This document shows positions 30,598 through 32,000 of a stretch of DNA of 32,000 nt, in pieces (the first letter of the stretch is position 1; every line of letters begins with the position of its first letter). The notes under the pieces were generated by a model. The model did no database searches. It had not been told where the DNA came from and worked only from the letters and a program-made list of their open reading frames with translations. A program made the translations under genes and the position numbers. The stretch covers positions 6,235 through 38,234 of the forward strand of contig JACPWU010000004.1 in the NCBI GenBank assembly GCA_016196885.1. Direction: 5' to 3'. This DNA comes from Chlamydiota bacterium. GTDB lineage: Bacteria; Auribacterota; JACPWU01.

Positions 30598-31592
30598 TGG
30601 CGATTCACTTCGTAACCGGTGGAACAGGATTCGTTGGGAGTCACGTGGTTGAAAGACTTCTCTTGAGAGGTGAGAAGGTTCGAATCCTTACGCGGCCCCA
30701 GAGTGATTTACAAAATTTAAAGAATTTTGCTGTTGATTTAATTCAAGGAGATCTTCGAGATCCTGCCACATTTTCAAATGCGCTTCAAGGTTGTGACACC
30801 CTCTTTCATGTCGCTGCAGAATACACCTTGTGGGTGAGAGATCCCAAAATTCTTTATGATGCCAATGTGGATGGCACCGTTTGCATCATTCAAGAGGCCT
30901 TGAGACGCGGCGTTAAAAAAGTGGTTTACACCAGCACCGTGGGTGCCCTGGGTATTCCCAAAAATGGAATGCCAGGGGATGAAAAAACGCCTGCCCGCTT
31001 AGAGGAAATGATTTCCCATTACAAACGTTCGAAATTTCTGGCGGAGGAAAAGGTAAGACATTTGGCCGAAAGCGGAGCGCCTATTGTCATTGTCAATCCC
31101 AGCACCCCTGTTGGAACCCGTGATATGAAGCCGACTCCCACCGGTCAAATGATTGTGGATTTTCTCAAAGGGAAGATGAAGGGCTATGTCGAGACGGGTC
31201 TTAATTTAATCGATGTAGAAGATGTGGCTGAGGGCCATCTCTTGGCGGCAGAGAAGGGAAAAGTAGGGGAGAGATACATCTTGGGAAACCAGAATTTAAC
31301 ATTAAAAGAGATATTTTATTTACTATCTAAAATAAGTGGAATTCCGGCACCAGTTTTTAAAATGCCTTATTTCCTTGCCATTGGCCTGGCCTATGCAAAT
31401 ACGGCCTATGCGAATTGGATCAGCTGCAAGCCTCCTTCTATTCCTTTAGATGGCGTTCGTATGTCGCGCAAGAAAATGTTTTTTGATGCCTCAAAGGCGG
31501 TTCGAGAATTAGGCCTTCCTCAGAATTCAGCGGAGGAGGCTTTGCGAAAGGCTGTGACCTGGTTTCGGGAGAGGGGGTATGTGAGATCATAG
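30597..31592 (+). CDS. hpnA: NAD-dependent epimerase/dehydratase, hopanoid-associated sugar epimerase (HpnA)-like
   Basis: It carries VTGGTGFVGSHVV (Rossmann), FHVAAEYTLWVRDP, HYKRSKFLAE (YxxxK), IVNPSTPVGTRDMKPTPTGQMIVDFL, GERYILGNQNLTL and DGVRMSRKKMFFDASKA. These match the HpnA subfamily pattern along the full length. The ATG at 30597 overlaps the upstream stop (TAATG). Confidence 0.65.
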   Translation: MAIHFVTGGTGFVGSHVVERLLLRGEKVRILTRPQSDLQNLKNFAVDLIQGDLRDPATFSNALQGCDTLFHVAAEYTLWVRDPKILYDANVDGTVCIIQEALRRGVKKVVYTSTVGALGIPKNGMPGDEKTPARLEEMISHYKRSKFLAEEKVRHLAESGAPIVIVNPSTPVGTRDMKPTPTGQMIVDFLKGKMKGYVETGLNLIDVEDVAEGHLLAAEKGKVGERYILGNQNLTLKEIFYLLSKISGIPAPVFKMPYFLAIGLAYANTAYANWISCKPPSIPLDGVRMSRKKMFFDASKAVRELGLPQNSAEEALRKAVTWFRERGYVRS

Positions 31593-32000
31593 GTTTCAAA
31601 CTCAAGACATGAAGTTCCGCTCTTCTATTCACATTCAGAAATGGCTCTTTATTTTGGGTGCTAATCACTTTTTTCTCTGGGATGGATTCTAAAAAATCAA
31701 TCATCGAGAGGTGATCTTTATTCATTTTCTCTAAAAGGGTGTAGGAAAGAGAGGGTTCATAGAGACCTGGAAAGGGTTGAAGAAAACCCTCAGGATGACG
31801 AAAGACAGTTATTTTATTTTTCACTTGATGAGAGCTCATCAGTGTGAGGAGGCTTTCAAGTGTGACCTCAGGCATGTCACAAGTGAGGACGAGAAGGGAC
31901 GTGTTTTCAAACATTCGACACGCCGTATAGAGACCTCCTAGCGGGCCTTTCCCAGGAATGAGATCTTGCTCGGTTCTGCATTTCAAGAAGGAATAATTTT
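31438..32000 (-). CDS. mobA: Molybdenum cofactor guanylyltransferase MobA-like (5' end outside the window)
   Basis: DLIPGKGPLGGLYTACRM...LVLTCDMPEVTLESL...FLNVNRRAEL is the MobA pattern. The frame stays open to nt 32000, so the true start is beyond the window. There is no stop until 31438, which gives a 155-nt convergent overlap with hpnA. Confidence 0.6.
   Translation of the reverse strand, partial: NYSFLKCRTEQDLIPGKGPLGGLYTACRMFENTSLLVLTCDMPEVTLESLLTLMSSHQVKNKITVFRHPEGFLQPFPGLYEPSLSYTLLEKMNKDHLSMIDFLESIPEKKVISTQNKEPFLNVNRRAELHVLSLKPMISHTPSPETRSQPFAKPPPLNSEEGLILEPPLRHQKTFSCATYERHLKE

Noticed and set aside
1-32000. Search for tRNA, rRNA, integrase/transposase genes or defence-system genes
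   Set aside because: No intergenic segment has tRNA-like cloverleaf potential or rRNA-like sequence. No ORF shows recombinase, transposase, nuclease or cas-like motifs. The only mobile-element-like features are the non-coding 185-bp repeats.

Overview
This is a 32 kb bacterial chromosomal window of moderate GC content. I cannot assign a taxon from sequence alone. All protein calls come from reading motifs in the supplied translations; I ran no database search.

Gene content, left to right:
- (1) The 5' end of an M3/PepF-like oligoendopeptidase gene on the minus strand, running off the window.
- (2) A roughly 7.6 kb lasso-peptide (RiPP) gene cluster at 589-8181. It encodes a PF14907-type nucleotidyltransferase fused to a methyltransferase, an HPr-kinase-like kinase, a 2OG-Fe(II) oxygenase, a 61-aa precursor peptide that sits unmarked inside a longer track ORF, a B2 protease, a B1/PqqD-like leader-recognition protein, a second methyltransferase with an unrecognisable N-domain, and an Asn-synthetase-like cyclase. 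The cluster is bracketed by two copies of a 185-bp palindromic MITE-like element. One copy sits in frame inside the nucleotidyltransferase gene.
- (3) A small lipoprotein gene and a heterodimeric ABC exporter pair with one degenerate ATP site.
- (4) A complete aa3-type cytochrome c oxidase operon: cupredoxin, subunits II, I, III and IV, a fused heme A synthase/heme O synthase, SCO1 and DUF420.
- (5) A small CxxC membrane protein, an AmpG-like MFS transporter, two bactofilins (one with an N-terminal double zinc ribbon) and tpx.
- (6) A 2-aminoethylphosphonate-type phosphonate cluster: a PepM-like protein fused to a nucleotidyltransferase, a split phosphonopyruvate decarboxylase and an aminotransferase. 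These are tightly coupled to a nucleotidyltransferase/CDP-alcohol phosphatidyltransferase fusion, a flippase-like membrane protein and an HpnA-like epimerase. This points to a phosphonate-bearing membrane lipid.
- (7) A partial mobA on the minus strand.

The intergenic regions are unusual. They hold low-complexity palindromes built from tandem 7-8 nt units, G-tract/C-tract palindromic repeats, and one roughly 370-bp giant palindrome. I saw no rRNA, tRNA or CRISPR array.
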